A DNA stretch of 63,406 nucleotides, counting the filler, from Basidiobolus ranarum (taxonomy: Eukaryota), in NCBI GenBank assembly GCA_040143965.1. It is 27 parts of 27 records of this genome, joined end to end, with 100 filler letters (N's around TTAATTAATTAA, not from the genome) between each part and the next. Parts side by side here need not be neighbours in the genome. Positions count along the whole stretch, not along the records: positions 23,580 to 25,833 come from JASJQH010003574.1; positions 25,934 to 28,187 come from JASJQH010003575.1; positions 28,288 to 30,540 come from JASJQH010003576.1; positions 30,641 to 32,892 come from JASJQH010003577.1; positions 32,993 to 35,244 come from JASJQH010003578.1; positions 35,345 to 37,595 come from JASJQH010003579.1; positions 37,696 to 39,945 come from JASJQH010003580.1; 20 more parts are not named here. One strand, 5' to 3'. The first letter of the stretch is position 1, and each line of letters begins with the position of its first letter. The notes beneath the pieces were generated by a model. The model was given only the letters and a program-made list of their open reading frames with translations. It had not been told where the DNA came from and searched no databases. Shown here piece after piece: positions 24,498 to 38,544 of the stretch. The translations under genes and the position numbers were made by a program.

Positions 24498-25266
24498 AAG
24501 GTTGTTTGAGCCCAATAACAGCAACAAAACCAAGCTCATGGACACTGAGTCAGTACCCATATAATTCAGACCATTGTGTTTGTGTGTTAAGTTGACTATA
24601 TTTGTAGGAAAGCAGCACAACTGACTTCTTTGAGAGATAGATTGAGATATACACATTTACTATATTAGCTATTGAGGAATCTATTCAACCAATGACACAT
24701 CTACTTGTGGCAGTACATTTGTTGACTGCAAGTTGGGGAGCATTGGTTGCATTCTTCAAGGATATTTGATGGAATCCAAGAGCTCATTCTCATTGTCAAT
24801 CATAACAAGAGTCAGTTATTTGCCAAGTGTCACTGCTACTCTAAATTTAAGATGTTTAGCAAGTTTTCCACAATTAGGTTGCTGGTAAAGAATATTGATG
24901 TTGTTGAGTTTTATCTGATCAGTCAAGTATGTTCATATGTAGAGACAAAACACAATAAGATTCTTGTTTTTTTATTCTCATTTTGGCTGGAATACAAAGC
25001 CTAAAATATATAAATAAAGGCATGCATATTAACTTGAATTCCTATTGCAGTAAACCAAGTGATTTGCCATTTGAAAACTGGTTTTTTCAATAATTGTCAG
25101 AAATTTAATCATACATACCAAATATGAGTATCAATACTTCACCATGTATGCTTACCATCATATTACCATTAAGAAGCCACCAATACTGTGACAATCCTCA
25201 GACAGTTTTGTGCTCCAGAAGGGTTGACGCAATCTGGATCAAATCAATTTTATTTTTGTCAGCGGG
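24497..25266 (+). mobile_element. CACTA transposase C-terminal and downstream region
   Basis: Aligns to 56750-57550, which continues the transposase of contig 1. Confidence 0.8.
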
Positions 25267-26659
25267 ATGTCATTGGTTTTAAGTGAGGGACAGAAATATC
25301 CTTATTAATCTATGGCTTGTAGTTTGAAGTAAGTAATTGTTGGTACATGGCAGATATTACATAATACGTGGGAGTTTTGTGCCATTATCTTCAAAATTAT
25401 GCATCCAATAAATCATAGCAGTTAAACAGATTTTAAGATATTTGACAGGTACTGTATATGTCTGCTTAAAACATACATATTGTAGATAAAACTTTGATCC
25501 AATGGGATATTTATTGGGAAAATATGGGCTGTTTGGAGGAACTTTAGAAAAGTGGAGTTGTGAATAGCTTTGTGAGATAATTATTTATTGACCAGAAATT
25601 AAGCATTTATACATTTTGGTGGAAATACAGAAAACTAACACTGGGGTTGTGTTCAGAACATCTGTGGGAGTAAAATGAGCTATCTTTGGGGCAATTTGGA
25701 TGAGTTTGAAATTTCCAATATGTAATTGCTAATTCTCACATAATTCACATATATATAAAATATATGTTCCGATTTGCAGCTAAGTGATATTTGACTAAAT
25801 AATGTTGACTAACTAATATGTGATATATGAAATNNNNNNNNNNNNNNNNNNNNNNNNNNNNNNNNNNNNNNNNNNNNTTAATTAATTAANNNNNNNNNNN
25901 NNNNNNNNNNNNNNNNNNNNNNNNNNNNNNNNNCCAACATTCCTCAACAACCGGTTCCATATTTTGAGTCGGTCATCAAACCCATTCTTTCTGCCAACTA
26001 CAATCAAACAGAAATCCCTGATCTGGAAATTGATCAGTAATTCACTCCACCATGTCTGATTCTAGTCGTCATTTCATTAGGATATTATAAAATTATGTAA
26101 GATAGTGAAGTTAGTTGGTGTGATCACACGCATCAAAGTATATAAAGATTAAAAGCAGTTGAGACAGTTACATAGAATCCATAAACTTTATCCAAAATAA
26201 ACCATCGATTTGCTTAAGTTGGTGAGAAGCAGATAGATCATAATATAGTTGAAAACTTCCGGAAAAATTTTCGGTATTAATACTGGATACTCGGTAATTA
26301 TAGCAAGTCGAGGATAGAAAGAGTCAAATGCCTCAAGAATTCTTACACAGTTCTCCTCTACGTGGTAATGCCGCTGAGGACTATCCATTGATGTTTGCAT
26401 ATTGAAGCAGAAATTTAAGGATTTCCAGCTTGTATATATTGAAGAGATTTCCAGCTTCTCAGGGGGTGCTGATAAGTGGAATTAATGGGTGCTTGAGAGA
26501 GATTTATTTGATGTACTGAATAAGCACAACATGTATTTGAAAATAATACTGAAATAGAGGTTACACAACCTTTTGTTAGTGCTATGTTAACTATAAATTA
26601 CTTGTTATTTCGGGTAGGAGTGTGATAGCGTAGGAATATTTGTTATGGTATGTTGCCAG

Positions 26660-27007
26660 TGTTAAAGTATTTTGGGAGCCTGTTGGAAGTGGTTTGGAGA
26701 ATTAGAGAAATTGGTGGTTTTCCCTTATTCATTCATTGAGTTGAAGGTTGACATTTATACTTTTGTCAAGATATAAGCAAACTAGCGTGTAAAATGCGTC
26801 AAGGAAGGTCCCGGGAACATGTGCGCAAAGTTTGGGGCTTCTAGCACAAGTTTGAAAATTCTATATAACTGAGAACTTCCAAGTTGGTAAAATATTCCAA
26901 GTAAATTCTTCATGTGAATAATGTGTAATATCTTTGTTCAATATAAGATAACTAAGTACTAAGCTATATATGACTATATAGGTGTTTAGACATTGCTAAT
27001 CTTAACA
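26660..27007 (+). repeat. LTR family C, ~350-bp solo LTR
   Basis: TGTTAA...TTAACA termini; homologous to 40908-41326; no matching TSD seen. Confidence 0.85.
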
Positions 27008-28443
27008 TGAATTACCTGTAGAAATATTCAAATTTGTTTGTTTATTAATTGAACACAACCATGAGCCATTTAGTGAATTTTTGTTATGGTGCTGGATCAG
27101 TGTCCAGTAATGCTACACTGAAACATAATCATTTGGATAGATTGCCATTATATAGATGGTTACTGCAACCAGGCTTGATCCTGATGGGCATATCAGCTAT
27201 GTAATTTATTCTAGCCTTTAGCTGATATTTCTATATACCTTACACTCTTTGGAGATCAATTTTCAAGTGGTTTAACAGTTGTGACTAATTCCTATGCAGA
27301 ATCATATGGAGGAATGAATATCTCTTGTGCTTGATTTGATATAGATTAATATTTGAATAGGATAACCTAAATTGCCACCAATTCAATTTTAAATATATGT
27401 TGGTTTAACTCATTTTTCCCTAGTTAGATACCCTAGCCACAATATCTCCAAATCCTATGTTGAACTCACCGCCCACTATCAATACTAGCTTTAGGATTTC
27501 AAGTAGCATTGGTTGATATAAATTCTGAATTTCTTTTACCTTTATAGTTGAGGCAGCAATGGTTACCTATGGGCCATAAAGATGAAAGTGTGAGTGGAAG
27601 CAGTCTCTTACTCGTGCAAAGTCAGAGTCTCCTTGAGTTTGTTATATACCATTTTGCAAATCACAAGTATGCCAATATGATATTCCCTGCAAAGCATAGT
27701 GGCAAGCCACTATTTTCTTTATCTACTCTTGGCATTTCTAACTTCAGCTAGGTTCAATAGTAACTTTTATATACCTTTGTTCAATACAATATAGTGTAAG
27801 GTGTAATATTCTCTACTGAAGAAGCCGGTGAACTTTGAGGTGGATTCGATCGGTGTGTTAGTTTTAGGTTTTAATGAAACTGAACAGTCAGACATGTTAC
27901 ATCGGATTGGGTATGTGTGCAAAGTAGCTATGGGCTTACTTCATGTACTAGACCCCAAGGCCGATATTATTAAGAGACTGATAAGGCGATACAATGAATA
28001 CAACATCTCACCTAACCCAAGTGCTGATATTGGCTTGTATTTAGGAGATATTGAAGGTAATGACATTCATAAATTTCCCACATTCAGCATGTCGTATTGG
28101 CGCTGATAGCATTAGATCACATCCTCACCATGCTGCAAAGCGAAAATCATAATGAGAAGATCCAGGCCAGGTCTCACGCGAACTACCNNNNNNNNNNNNN
28201 NNNNNNNNNNNNNNNNNNNNNNNNNNNNNNNTTAATTAATTAANNNNNNNNNNNNNNNNNNNNNNNNNNNNNNNNNNNNNNNNNNNNGCCACAACTCATG
28301 CTGGCCAAGGTAGAGGAACTTCAGCAGGATCAAACTAACCAACTCAGTGCAGAGGTTCAAGCAAAGTTCTCTTTGTGGAAATTTCAACGAGACAATAAAA
28401 GTTACAAAAGCAAATTAGCATGTACTGCTACAAACCTAGGCAA

Positions 28444-29313
28444 CTGCTGAATATTATTGTTAATACTTACATTATCCTATCTTTACTGTTTAGCACATTG
28501 TTCAAAATCAATATGGATTGCAGTTAAATATGGCACAAATCACTTTAGTTGGATCATGATTGCTTATGTCTTTATGAAACACTGACAGCATGAAATTGTC
28601 ATATATCAAAAAAATCAATGATAGCCTATTAATACAAGCAATTTCACTACAAGTAAATGAAAGATGTCTGTCAATAAAAAGCTTGTGCAGCCATATTGGC
28701 TTGATATGGCTTGATATGGCTCAATCCATTCTCATTCTCACCAAATTAAAAGCTTACATAACTGAATGAATTATATGCTGATCTAAAAATGAAGAATCAA
28801 GTGATCCCGATCACTACTCTCATACTGCTGATTGATCCATCATCAAGTGCTGCAATTTGTCATTGGTGTGCCAAAACTACTGGTGTTTTGTAATGCAGGA
28901 GCCATTGGGCCCAATTGAAAATCAGGATATTCTGTTAATGAGGGACAAATGATTGGCCCAAAAACATGTGAATGTCTTGGTTATATATTGGATTGGGTAA
29001 GTTGAAATAAAAATTGTTCATAGTTACTCATTCAGTAATCAGTAAGTTGCAAACTACAGGATGAACTTGCTTTGTCAGTTACCCAAAATCTTAATTTGGC
29101 AATATTAAATTGGGTAACTTGGTACAGGCTGGCAAAATATCTTCAATAAAAGCATTATGTCCAATTGTGGTGGGATAGCACCATATTGTCCCTTATAGTG
29201 TCCAATCAAGTGTTATAGGACCCAGCCATGGTAATTAACAGATTGCACCAGATGGTTTGCTAGCAGGCTGGATCAAGCAGCACAATTTGGCCTGGTCCAA
29301 TGTAACAAGTCTA
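28444..29313. repeat. Unclassified ~870-bp CpG-depleted dispersed repeat; second copy at 61164-62022
   Basis: The two copies are collinear over their whole length; no recognisable protein motif. Confidence 0.9.
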
Positions 29314-29382
29314 TAGTAAGCAACCCACCATGGATCAATGAGGGAACTCCTGGCTTTTACAATTCTTGTGCTAGGAAAGTTG

Positions 29383-29790
29383 GAGGCTTCATAGAGAAAA
29401 TAATCACAAGCATGGTCACTGTACAAATCCACCAACTCCACAAGGCCTAGTGAGTATCAGCAGTAATATGTGCATAAAATTGACTCTAGTTTTGCCCACT
29501 GAGTCCACTGACTATACTTTGTGTCAAAGTTTTAGTAGCATTGCCAAATGTCAAGATATCATGGAGTTAACACATGTATATGACTAGAATGATGTAGGTA
29601 GAAATGTAATTTTGGTTAAACCAGTAAGTCCAGACAACTTTGAGAACTTGCTGCTAGATATAGACCTTGCTTATTCCAGTACTGATGGTAGTATATCAGA
29701 AGTTGAAGAAGAAGACCATGGTTTTGTTATGGACTCATTGTTATAGACAAACATTAGTCCACTCATAACATGTGCTGTAAAGGAAGCAGG
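29383..29790 (+). mobile_element. CACTA transposase N-terminal fragment
   Basis: Aligns to about 270-675. Confidence 0.9.
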
Positions 29791-30540
29791 CTTTCCAATA
29801 TAATCTGTTAAGCAAAAGGATGAATTCCTCTGTCTCTGTGTTGAGTATCAAGGCCTAAATGGCATTACCATCAAACTTGGTGCCCCTTGCCATTTATCAT
29901 CTCACTCTTGGATCAGCTTGCTGCAGGAAAGGTATTTACAAAGATTAACTTCAGGGGCATTTACAATCTTGCAAGAATCAGAACAGGAGACCAATGGAAA
30001 GCTGCCTTGCAAACTTGCTATGGACACTTAAACTACAATGTCATGCCATTTGGACTTACCAATGCCCCTGCAGTCTTTCAATACATGATGAGTGATATCC
30101 TCAGAGAGTATCTTGACCAATTTGTGGTAATCTACCTTGATGATATCTTGGCCTTCTCAAGCTCTCAAGAACAACATAATGTTCATGTTACCCAAGTCCT
30201 AGAAAAGTTGAAAGCCTTGCGGCTCTATGCTAAGCTTGTGAAATGCAAATTTGATCAAGCTCAAGTTGAATTCCTTGGATGGAACATCAGCCCATTGGGC
30301 ATCTCCATGGACCCTAAGAAGGTTGAATCTGTTCTGTCTTGGGATACTCCCAAGAATGTGAAGGATGTCCAATCTTTCCTTGGATTTGCAAACTTTTACC
30401 AACAGTTTGTCAGGAACTATGCAAAATATCTGCTCCATTAACAAACCTTACAAAGAAAGAACTCTTTTTTGACTGGAACCCATCTTGCCAACAAGCATTT
30501 GTAACTTTAAAGAGAACTTTTACCTCAGCACCAATCCTGG
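29790..30540 (+). mobile_element. Ty3/gypsy reverse transcriptase, degenerate
   Basis: VMPFGLTNAPAVFQ, VVIYLDDIL, KCKFDQAQVEFLG, VQSFLGFANFY, FTSAPIL. Confidence 0.95.
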
Positions 30541-30640
30541 NNNNNNNNNNNNNNNNNNNNNNNNNNNNNNNNNNNNNNNNNNNNTTAATTAATTAANNNN
30601 NNNNNNNNNNNNNNNNNNNNNNNNNNNNNNNNNNNNNNNN

Positions 30641-32892
30641 AAGATTGGATCAAACTCTCCACTCTTCAACAATCAAAGCTGCTTGCTTTACTGTAAGTGT
30701 TATGAGTGGACTAATGTTTGCCAATAACAAAGAGTCTGTAACAAAACCATCATCTACTTCTTCAACTACTGATATACTACCATTGGTACTGGAATAACCA
30801 AGGTCAAAATGTAGCAGCAAGTGCTCAAAGTTGTCTGGACTTACTAGTTTAATCAAAGTTGCATTTTGACCTACATCATTCTGGTCATATAACTGTGGTA
30901 ACTCCATGGTATGTTGACTTTTGGCTGTGTTACCAAAACTTTGAGGCAAACTACAGTCAGTGGACTCAATGGGGAAAGTTAAAGTCAATTTAGCACACTT
31001 ATTACTGTTGTTATACACCAGGCTTTGTGCAGCTGGTGGCTTTGTACAGTGACCATGCTTGTGCTTATTTTTTCTATGAAGCCTCTGGATTTGATAGCTC
31101 AAGAATTTGTGACGATAATATCAGTGCTTCTTTAAACATTTGTATTGTGGCATGATAAGGATATTGTAGAAAAAGAACATCTTCCATGTAAGGGTGGTAT
31201 TTTAGTATGGCCCATCAATATCATCAGTTGATTCTGAGATGGTGTCACAGATGAGTCATCAGGGGATTTACAAGATATTTCTGGTAATGGATGGCAATTT
31301 TGGTTTATTATAAGCTATTTCTAAGCAATTTCATTACACCAAGTTTACCATCTGTAAATTTCAATGCCATTCAATAAGTGTTCAAAATCTAAGTCAAAAT
31401 CGGCTTCCAAGCCAAAACCTGCTGCCACAAAAGGAAAAAAACCAGCAAAAACAGAGGACTTAATTGATGAGCAGTCTAGCAATCAACTATCCACTTTGGA
31501 AGGCCTCAACATGCCAGAAACTAACTCAAGTAATGATGAAGCATCAAACAATTTACCAGATGTATTCCTTTCAAGCAATAGTACAAGTGAAGAGATTGTA
31601 ATCCTCCAATTACGGAGTAAATCAATAGTTGAGCAAAGTCCAAATAAAACACAATCAAGACTATCAACTTCCAAAATGGCTACTGTGCCCACTATAGAAC
31701 AACCCTCCATAGAAAATTTGGATAGAATTATTTCAACAAGGGAATTGGAGGCAGAACACTGTAAAGATTTGTATGCAATCATAAGTAAAAACTATGAAGT
31801 TGACATACAGGCCATGACAAGCAATAATGCTGCAATATTGCAATTAATGCAGTGTTCCGAAGCAACTAGTCAACAGTTAAAGAGTCACTCAACAATGATA
31901 CAAGACCTTCAGAATTCTGTACTTGATCTACAGCAACATACTGATCCCTCTGTTCTTTCTAATCTGGAATTTCAATCAATGCCATACCATACATATGAAT
32001 GTCACCATGCCAATCTAGCAGAGCAGAATATGTGTTGGACCATCAAGCCTACACAATGACCCAAAATTTCTTGGGCACATGAAAGTAGAAACCTCATAGG
32101 AAAACTGGCAAACCAAAAGACTCTCAATGTCAGAGCTGCCATCACTTGCTCTGATGATGAGTGGTTTAACATTTTGGAAACCTTGCAGAATTTTGGCCAA
32201 AGTCACCTGGATTTGAGCCAATTGTGGAAAAACCAAAAACCTGGCATTACTCTGAAGGTTCTTGACTTATTTCATGTGGCTTATCCTGGGTTTTTGCAAG
32301 CAAATGGCAATTGGGCTAGTATAGGCCTTTACATGAAACATCTCAAAAATGTATGCAATTATTGACTTGGAAAAGAAAGAAAAGTGGCTAATGAGGTACT
32401 GAAGGAGCAGGAAGCTAATAAACCCTAGGGAAAAGCAAAGGAGTCACTGTGTTTAGGCTCTATTGTTCCACCTACCAAACTCTTTGCACCATTACAAAGA
32501 TCTGCATTTTCAGAGTCAGATATACAGGCAAAAAAGCTTAATTTCTCTATGAAACCAGGTACACCAGTTGGAAAAGTGCTAAATGTGGCAGTTTATGCAG
32601 CACCTGGCACCTCTCAACAAGCCAAAACACCAGCAAATAAAACTCACAGCTCTCCAACCTCAACTGGTACTTTTCAAAATGTTTAAATTAGCCTCAAAGG
32701 TAAAGGCAAGCAAAAAGCTGCACAAACACTGCAAAGCACCCTCAGTAGTGTCACACCACAAGGACATACAAAAATTGTCAAAGTGCTCAAGGAGTATTTT
32801 GAGAAGTATGAAGGGAAAAATGCAGTGCAAGTATGCAGAAAGTGGCTTCAGAAGAAGATCCTTCAACTTGACATTCAGTCTGGTGTTGACCA
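30641..32892. mobile_element. CACTA element: transposase N-terminus (minus, ATG 31153) and ORF2 (plus, ATG 31364)
   Basis: The whole contig aligns to the other copies; 210 bp separate the divergent ATGs. Confidence 0.92.
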
Positions 32893-32992
32893 NNNNNNNN
32901 NNNNNNNNNNNNNNNNNNNNNNNNNNNNNNNNNNNNTTAATTAATTAANNNNNNNNNNNNNNNNNNNNNNNNNNNNNNNNNNNNNNNNNNNN

Positions 32993-33102
32993 CTAAGTAA
33001 ATTCCTTATGAGAATAATGGATAATATCTTAGTGAAATATAAGATAACTAAGTACTAAGCTATATATGACTATATAGGTGTTTAGGCAATGCTAATTTCA
33101 AC
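32993..33102 (+). repeat. LTR family C, 3' end
   Basis: taagtactaagctatatatgactatatagg...aatttcaaca, shared with 26950-27007. Confidence 0.85.
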
Positions 33103-34028
33103 ACTCCTCTCTATTATTGATTGATTCTGGGAGATTTGATTGATGCTAGCACACGTAAATTATATGAAACATGCAATGATAATGGCCAAAACCATAAAGT
33201 AAACAGTTTCGATCTTATAATTCGTAGTGTTTGGAAATATAGTCAGTAATTTACAACTCTGGTGCAAAAAGCATCCGCGCTCAAAACTGATTCATTAACT
33301 TTATTGAATATGAATGTTTGTGGTAACACCCAGAGTAGTGAAATCACTATCTAGATCCAGGGTATAATTTAGACCACAAGTTTGGGTAGACTAACAATAC
33401 AAATATATATAGAATAGCATTATACTAGCAAAGAGTTTGAAAATACTGATAGACAAAACCGCACTTCTTCTTTTTCAGCTAACGGAGCAACCTGAACATG
33501 AGATATTGCGGTTAAGAAATCTTACTGACTGACTATCTTGGGTGGTCGATAGGAACACTTACTGGGTGATGCTCATTACTCAAATATCTGGCAAAATCTA
33601 TGAACCCAGCGCATCAGTTTCGCTCCTTCTAAAATTACGCAATCTAATACTAACTTTATACTTGGGTGAGAGTTGCTCAACAATTATTGGTTTGTTGATG
33701 GCATTTCAATGTGATGAGGTCCTCTAGACACTCGGAGTGCATAAACTCTGCCTATTTTAATCAATCTTAGTAAACATTGCAAAGATTCTTGAGATCAAAC
33801 AATATTGATTCCTAAGAATGGATGTCGAACCAATCGCTGAAGAATTTCAATCAGTAGCTACTAAGGTCAATTTGTTATGACTAGTTGAATATTTAGAGAT
33901 TTATCGGTCGAATTATTCGATAGAAAATTACTAAGTAAACAAACAATTGAAAGTGTAACTTCATTGAGGAAAGCACCAGTGGGTTTTGCCTAGTAAGAAG
34001 ATTCAAAAGTTAAAACCGTATAGAAACT

Positions 34029-35244
34029 ATGAAAGCGAAGCTGATACAAATACATTGGCATGAGACGAAACCTATTTACTCCATCGACTTTGAAGCTGGT
34101 CCCAAGAGCCGCCTTGCTACTGCTGGAGGAGATACTAACGTTCGGGTAAGCTTTTAGCGGAATGCTAATCTGTCGAGAACCAAAACTTTTTCACAAAACT
34201 TACCACCAATAACTTGGGTTTGATGTAATAATAGATATGGCAACTTATAGCTGAAGCTGGCAAGCCTCCTCAAGTGGAATTTCTATCAAATTTAAGTCGA
34301 CATAGTGCTGCAGTGAATGTGGTTAGATTCAGCCCAACAGGTGAATTTTCTTGGTATTCTCTTGAATTTACTTTAGATTTAATTTTTGATTTGGATGTCT
34401 TTAGAGGAGATATTAGCTTCTGCTGGGGATGGTATTGTCTCTTTTCTTATTTATTTATTCTTGCTCATCGTTGAAAAAATAACCCCAACTTATGCTTCGA
34501 AAAGATGGAAGTGTTATATTATGGAAACCAACGGAAGATAAATTGAGTGGGGGAAATGCCTTTTTAGACAATGAAGATTCGGCTTTCGAGAAAGAAAAGT
34601 GGAAAGTCTCTTCTATATTGCGGTAAAATTGTAAAAATTGGTTTATATTGAAAAACACCTCCGATTAATAACAACATCGCTGGAACTTTAGAGGGTCTTT
34701 ATCTGATATATATGATCTAGCGTGGTCACCGGATGGCAAAAAAATCATCACTGGCTCTATTGATAACACTGCCCGAATTTGGGACGTGAAAGAGGGTACA
34801 TAATGAATATTTTACATACGGCCTCCTCCTGTACTAATTGCTTCGTTTCAGGAAAGTGCCTTCATGTATTTGCTGATCACGATCACTACGTTCAAGGTGT
34901 AGCCTGGGACCCTCTGGGACAATACGTCGTGACACAGAGTAGCGATCGGTTAGTTCCAATTGTACGGGTACATTCTTGTAGATTCTTTGATACTAACTTT
35001 CATATGGCAATTCTCAATCTAGCTCAGTTCATATTCATTCGTATAGAACCAAAGGCAATGGACAACTAGTCACCACATCTGTTAATAAAAACATGAAACT
35101 CCGAGAAGCAAAAGTCCCAGAAGACATACCTGACCTTACCCCGAACACTAAACTTCAAAAGTCGAGTTATATTTATCACAGCGAAATGATCAAAACCTTC
35201 TTCAGAAGATTAAGCTTCACACCAGATGGCACCTTACTATTAAC
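34029..35244 (+). CDS. CAC2: Chromatin assembly factor 1 subunit B (WD40), multi-exon, 3'-truncated
   Basis: [21 protein letters not shown]...[68 protein letters not shown]; six short introns. Confidence 0.93.
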
Positions 35245-35344
35245 NNNNNNNNNNNNNNNNNNNNNNNNNNNNNNNNNNNNNNNNNNNNTTAATTAATTAA
35301 NNNNNNNNNNNNNNNNNNNNNNNNNNNNNNNNNNNNNNNNNNNN

Positions 35345-37395
35345 AATTGTCTTGCTTTTCTCTTTACACCTCTGTTGATTACTCTTGTCAGAGTGTCCTG
35401 AAATGGTGTATTGAACTCTGCAATCTCCATCAACCATTGCTGCCAAGTCTCATTGAGTAGTGTTAGACATCTATTCAGAACATCTTTTGTCTCTGAAGTT
35501 GAGGCCACAACAGTTGCTTTTAGTCCATACTAGCAAAAACAGAATTGAAATTGTGACTTTGCAGACTTAATATCAAAATTCCTATTTCTCAATTCATACT
35601 TTCTCTTCTCTTGAGTCAGCAGATCTCCAAAATTTTGTGTGAGGGTCATTCAGGGCCTCTTTTACAGTCCAGGGTCCATGTATTTGAGCTGTGCAGGCAT
35701 AGGCCCAATTTTGGGACTCATTGATATAGTAAACAGGGCTATTTCTAATCCAATTTGATCTCCTGGTTTAGGATAAAGGTACTATAACTTCTGGCACTGT
35801 ATTAGGCACTTCCATAGGCAAAATTCTGGTGGAAGGGTCTGCAGGAAGGCTATTTTCTTCATTGTCTTGGCTTGAATCAACTTGAACAATTGGATTGGGA
35901 GAAAATTGATTTTGATCATTATCTGAGATCATTTTTGGCAAAATTTTTCATTTTCATTAAACAAAACATCCCTGGACTTGATTAATTTGGAAATATTGGC
36001 CCCATAGAGTCTGTAGACCTTAGTTTGAGTATGATAACCCAGAAATATGCATTTCTTACTTTTTGGATCAAATTTAGACCAATTTTTGGTCATATTTTTG
36101 ATATAAGCAATGCATCCAAAGATCCTCAAATTTTTTACATCAGCTTTAACTCCAAACCAAGCTTGATATGGTGTAGAGTTAGACAGACTTCTAGTAAAAC
36201 TTCTATTCTTTGATATACAGCTGTAGCAACAGATTCTGCCCAAAAGTAATGAGCTAAATTTTGTGCATTTATCATAGATCTTGCCATTTCTATTATAGTC
36301 CTGTTAGCTCTTTCCACAACTCCATTTTGTTGAGGTGAATAGGGATCAGTAGTTTCCTGCTTAATTTCATGAACTTTGCAAAAGTGCTTAAATAGTGTTC
36401 ACGTACATTCTCCACCATAATCAGTATGTATTTTCTTGACTTTAGTTCTGGTTTCAGTCTCCATAAATGTTTTAAAATCTTCAAAGATGGAGAGAGCTTC
36501 ATCTTTTCTTTCCATAGAGTAGACCCAAATGTATCTTGTATATTCATCAATAAATGTGATTAAATATCTTTTTCTGCCTAAAGATAAATTTTGCATAGTC
36601 TACACAAATCTGAACAAAGTAGATTCAATTTTTCAACAGATTTCATCACACCAGAGCTTTTCAACAGGTGCCTGGCTTGTGTTCCATATATACAACCCTC
36701 CTAAATTTCCATTTTGGCAGGGGGGGGGATAATTGGAATTTCAGAAATAGGCAATTTTTGATCATTTTGCTCAAATAATCAAATCCAATATGGACAAATC
36801 TCTTATGCCATTATTGAATAGTTTCTGGATTGGAATAACTTATATTTACACTTAAACCTCTTGGACTATATATAAGCTTACATAAGTTCTGATCCTTTTC
36901 TCCCAAAGCTAAACAATTCCCATTTTGATCAGTGATGGTGCATCATAACTATTCAAAATTGAATTTTAGCCCTTCTGAGGTGGCATTGCATAGAGATGTT
37001 AAATTCTTGACAATATCTGGAACCTGTTGCACATCCTTAAAAGTATATACTTTCTCTTCAGAAGCACCAGTTAAATTGATTTGAATTGTTCGCATTCCAA
37101 TAGCATCCAATGTGTGCTCATCTCCCATGAAAACCTTTCTAATTGGGATTTCTTCATAATCCATAAGCCAAAGTTTTTCATTTGTGAAATGTTTGGAAGC
37201 TCCAGAAGCAATATACCACATCTGAGAATCCTTATTGGTAGTCATAGATAGAGCTAATATGAACAAGTGATTTTCTGTTGTAATCACATTTACAGATTCA
37301 GTATGTTTTTCTTCTTTGGCAATTCTGTTAAAGCAATCTTTGCTTAAGTGGCCAGTTGTTTTACAGTAATCACAGAATGTGTTACTTTCATCTTA
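35345..37395 (-). mobile_element. Ty1/copia gag zinc knuckle, protease and integrase, degenerate
   Basis: CDYCKTTGHLSKDC, WYIASGASKHFT, ITFIDEYTRYIWVY, PYSPQQNGVVERANRTI, LRIFGCIAY, FLGYH. Confidence 0.93.
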
Positions 37396-37800
37396 AAGTA
37401 CTTCGGACCTTTATAGAAAGGGTCACTATAGCCTATTAAAGCATTTTCTATTGGGAAAATATGGGCTATTTGGAGAAACCTTAGAAAAGTGGAGTCATGT
37501 ATAACTTTGTGAGATAATTATTTACTGCCTAGAAATAGAGCATTTATACATTGTGGTGGAAATACAGAAAACTAACACTGGGGTTGTGCTCAGAANNNNN
37601 NNNNNNNNNNNNNNNNNNNNNNNNNNNNNNNNNNNNNNNTTAATTAATTAANNNNNNNNNNNNNNNNNNNNNNNNNNNNNNNNNNNNNNNNNNNNCTTCC
37701 AAAGATGAAAGTTTTCACCATCAAACTTCTCTGTGTATGCAAAAATGTTGGTAATAGTACTGGTAGACATTCCTTTAACAGTGAGCATGGAGCTCATAAC

Positions 37801-38513
37801 CTGATAACAGTGTTTGGGGGACTTGGAAGTGTTTTGGACAAGATTTGAATTTGTGAATTAGACACTTAAGTTTTATTGAATTGAATGTGTCCTATTTATA
37901 GTTTACTATGAAATCAAACCATTGGACATGCTTAGATCATAACAAACATGCCTGTGAAGCATGGATGAAAATTTGAAGTCATTAGGAGAAGTTTTGAGAA
38001 AATAGTGAAAATTGGTAAAAGTGCTTTGTTTGATATTTCTATCAATGAGAGCAATAAACACACATTTTTGAATGGCCAAATTGAGTTCTAAATACTCAGA
38101 ATATGAATAAACTAACTACTAAATAGTGAGTTGCTATCTACCTAATTTCAAGAACATGATGCTGATAAAAGTGTTTAGGGGATTTGGAAGTATTTTGGAC
38201 AAGATTTGCATTTGTGAAATAGACACTTGAGTTTTATTGAATTGAATATGTCCATTTATAGCTTTCTATGAAATAGGACTATTGGACATGCTTAGATCAT
38301 AACACACATGCCTGTTGAGCATGGGTGAAAATTCAAAGTGATTTGGAGAAGTTTTGAGAAAATAGTGAAAATTGATAAAAGTCATCTAACTGATATTTCT
38401 ATCAATTAGAGCAATCAACACACATTTTTGAAAGACAGAATTCAGTGCTAAATAATCAGAACAAGAATAAACCAACTACCAAAGAATGAGTTGCTATTTA
38501 CCTAATTTCAACA
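37801..38513 (-). repeat. Probable copia 3' LTR containing a ~361-bp tandem duplication
   Basis: Units start at 37801 and 38162. On the minus strand the pol end is followed by a purine-rich gactaggaa and then TGTTGAAATTAGG at 38513. Confidence 0.75.
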
Positions 38514-38544
38514 TTCCTAGTCAACTAATTATTTTGTATTTCTT

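Noticed and set aside
25245-25266. Candidate CACTA terminal inverted repeat (...ttttgtcagcggg) paired with ...tttctgttaggg at 6541-6552
   Set aside because: The two ends do not match convincingly, there is no CACTA/CACTG terminus or TSD, and each is seen in only one copy.
27828-28106. Possible HIRAN-like motif (IGVLV...HRIGYVCK)
   Set aside because: Too short, non-ATG start and no supporting context; needs an HMM search.
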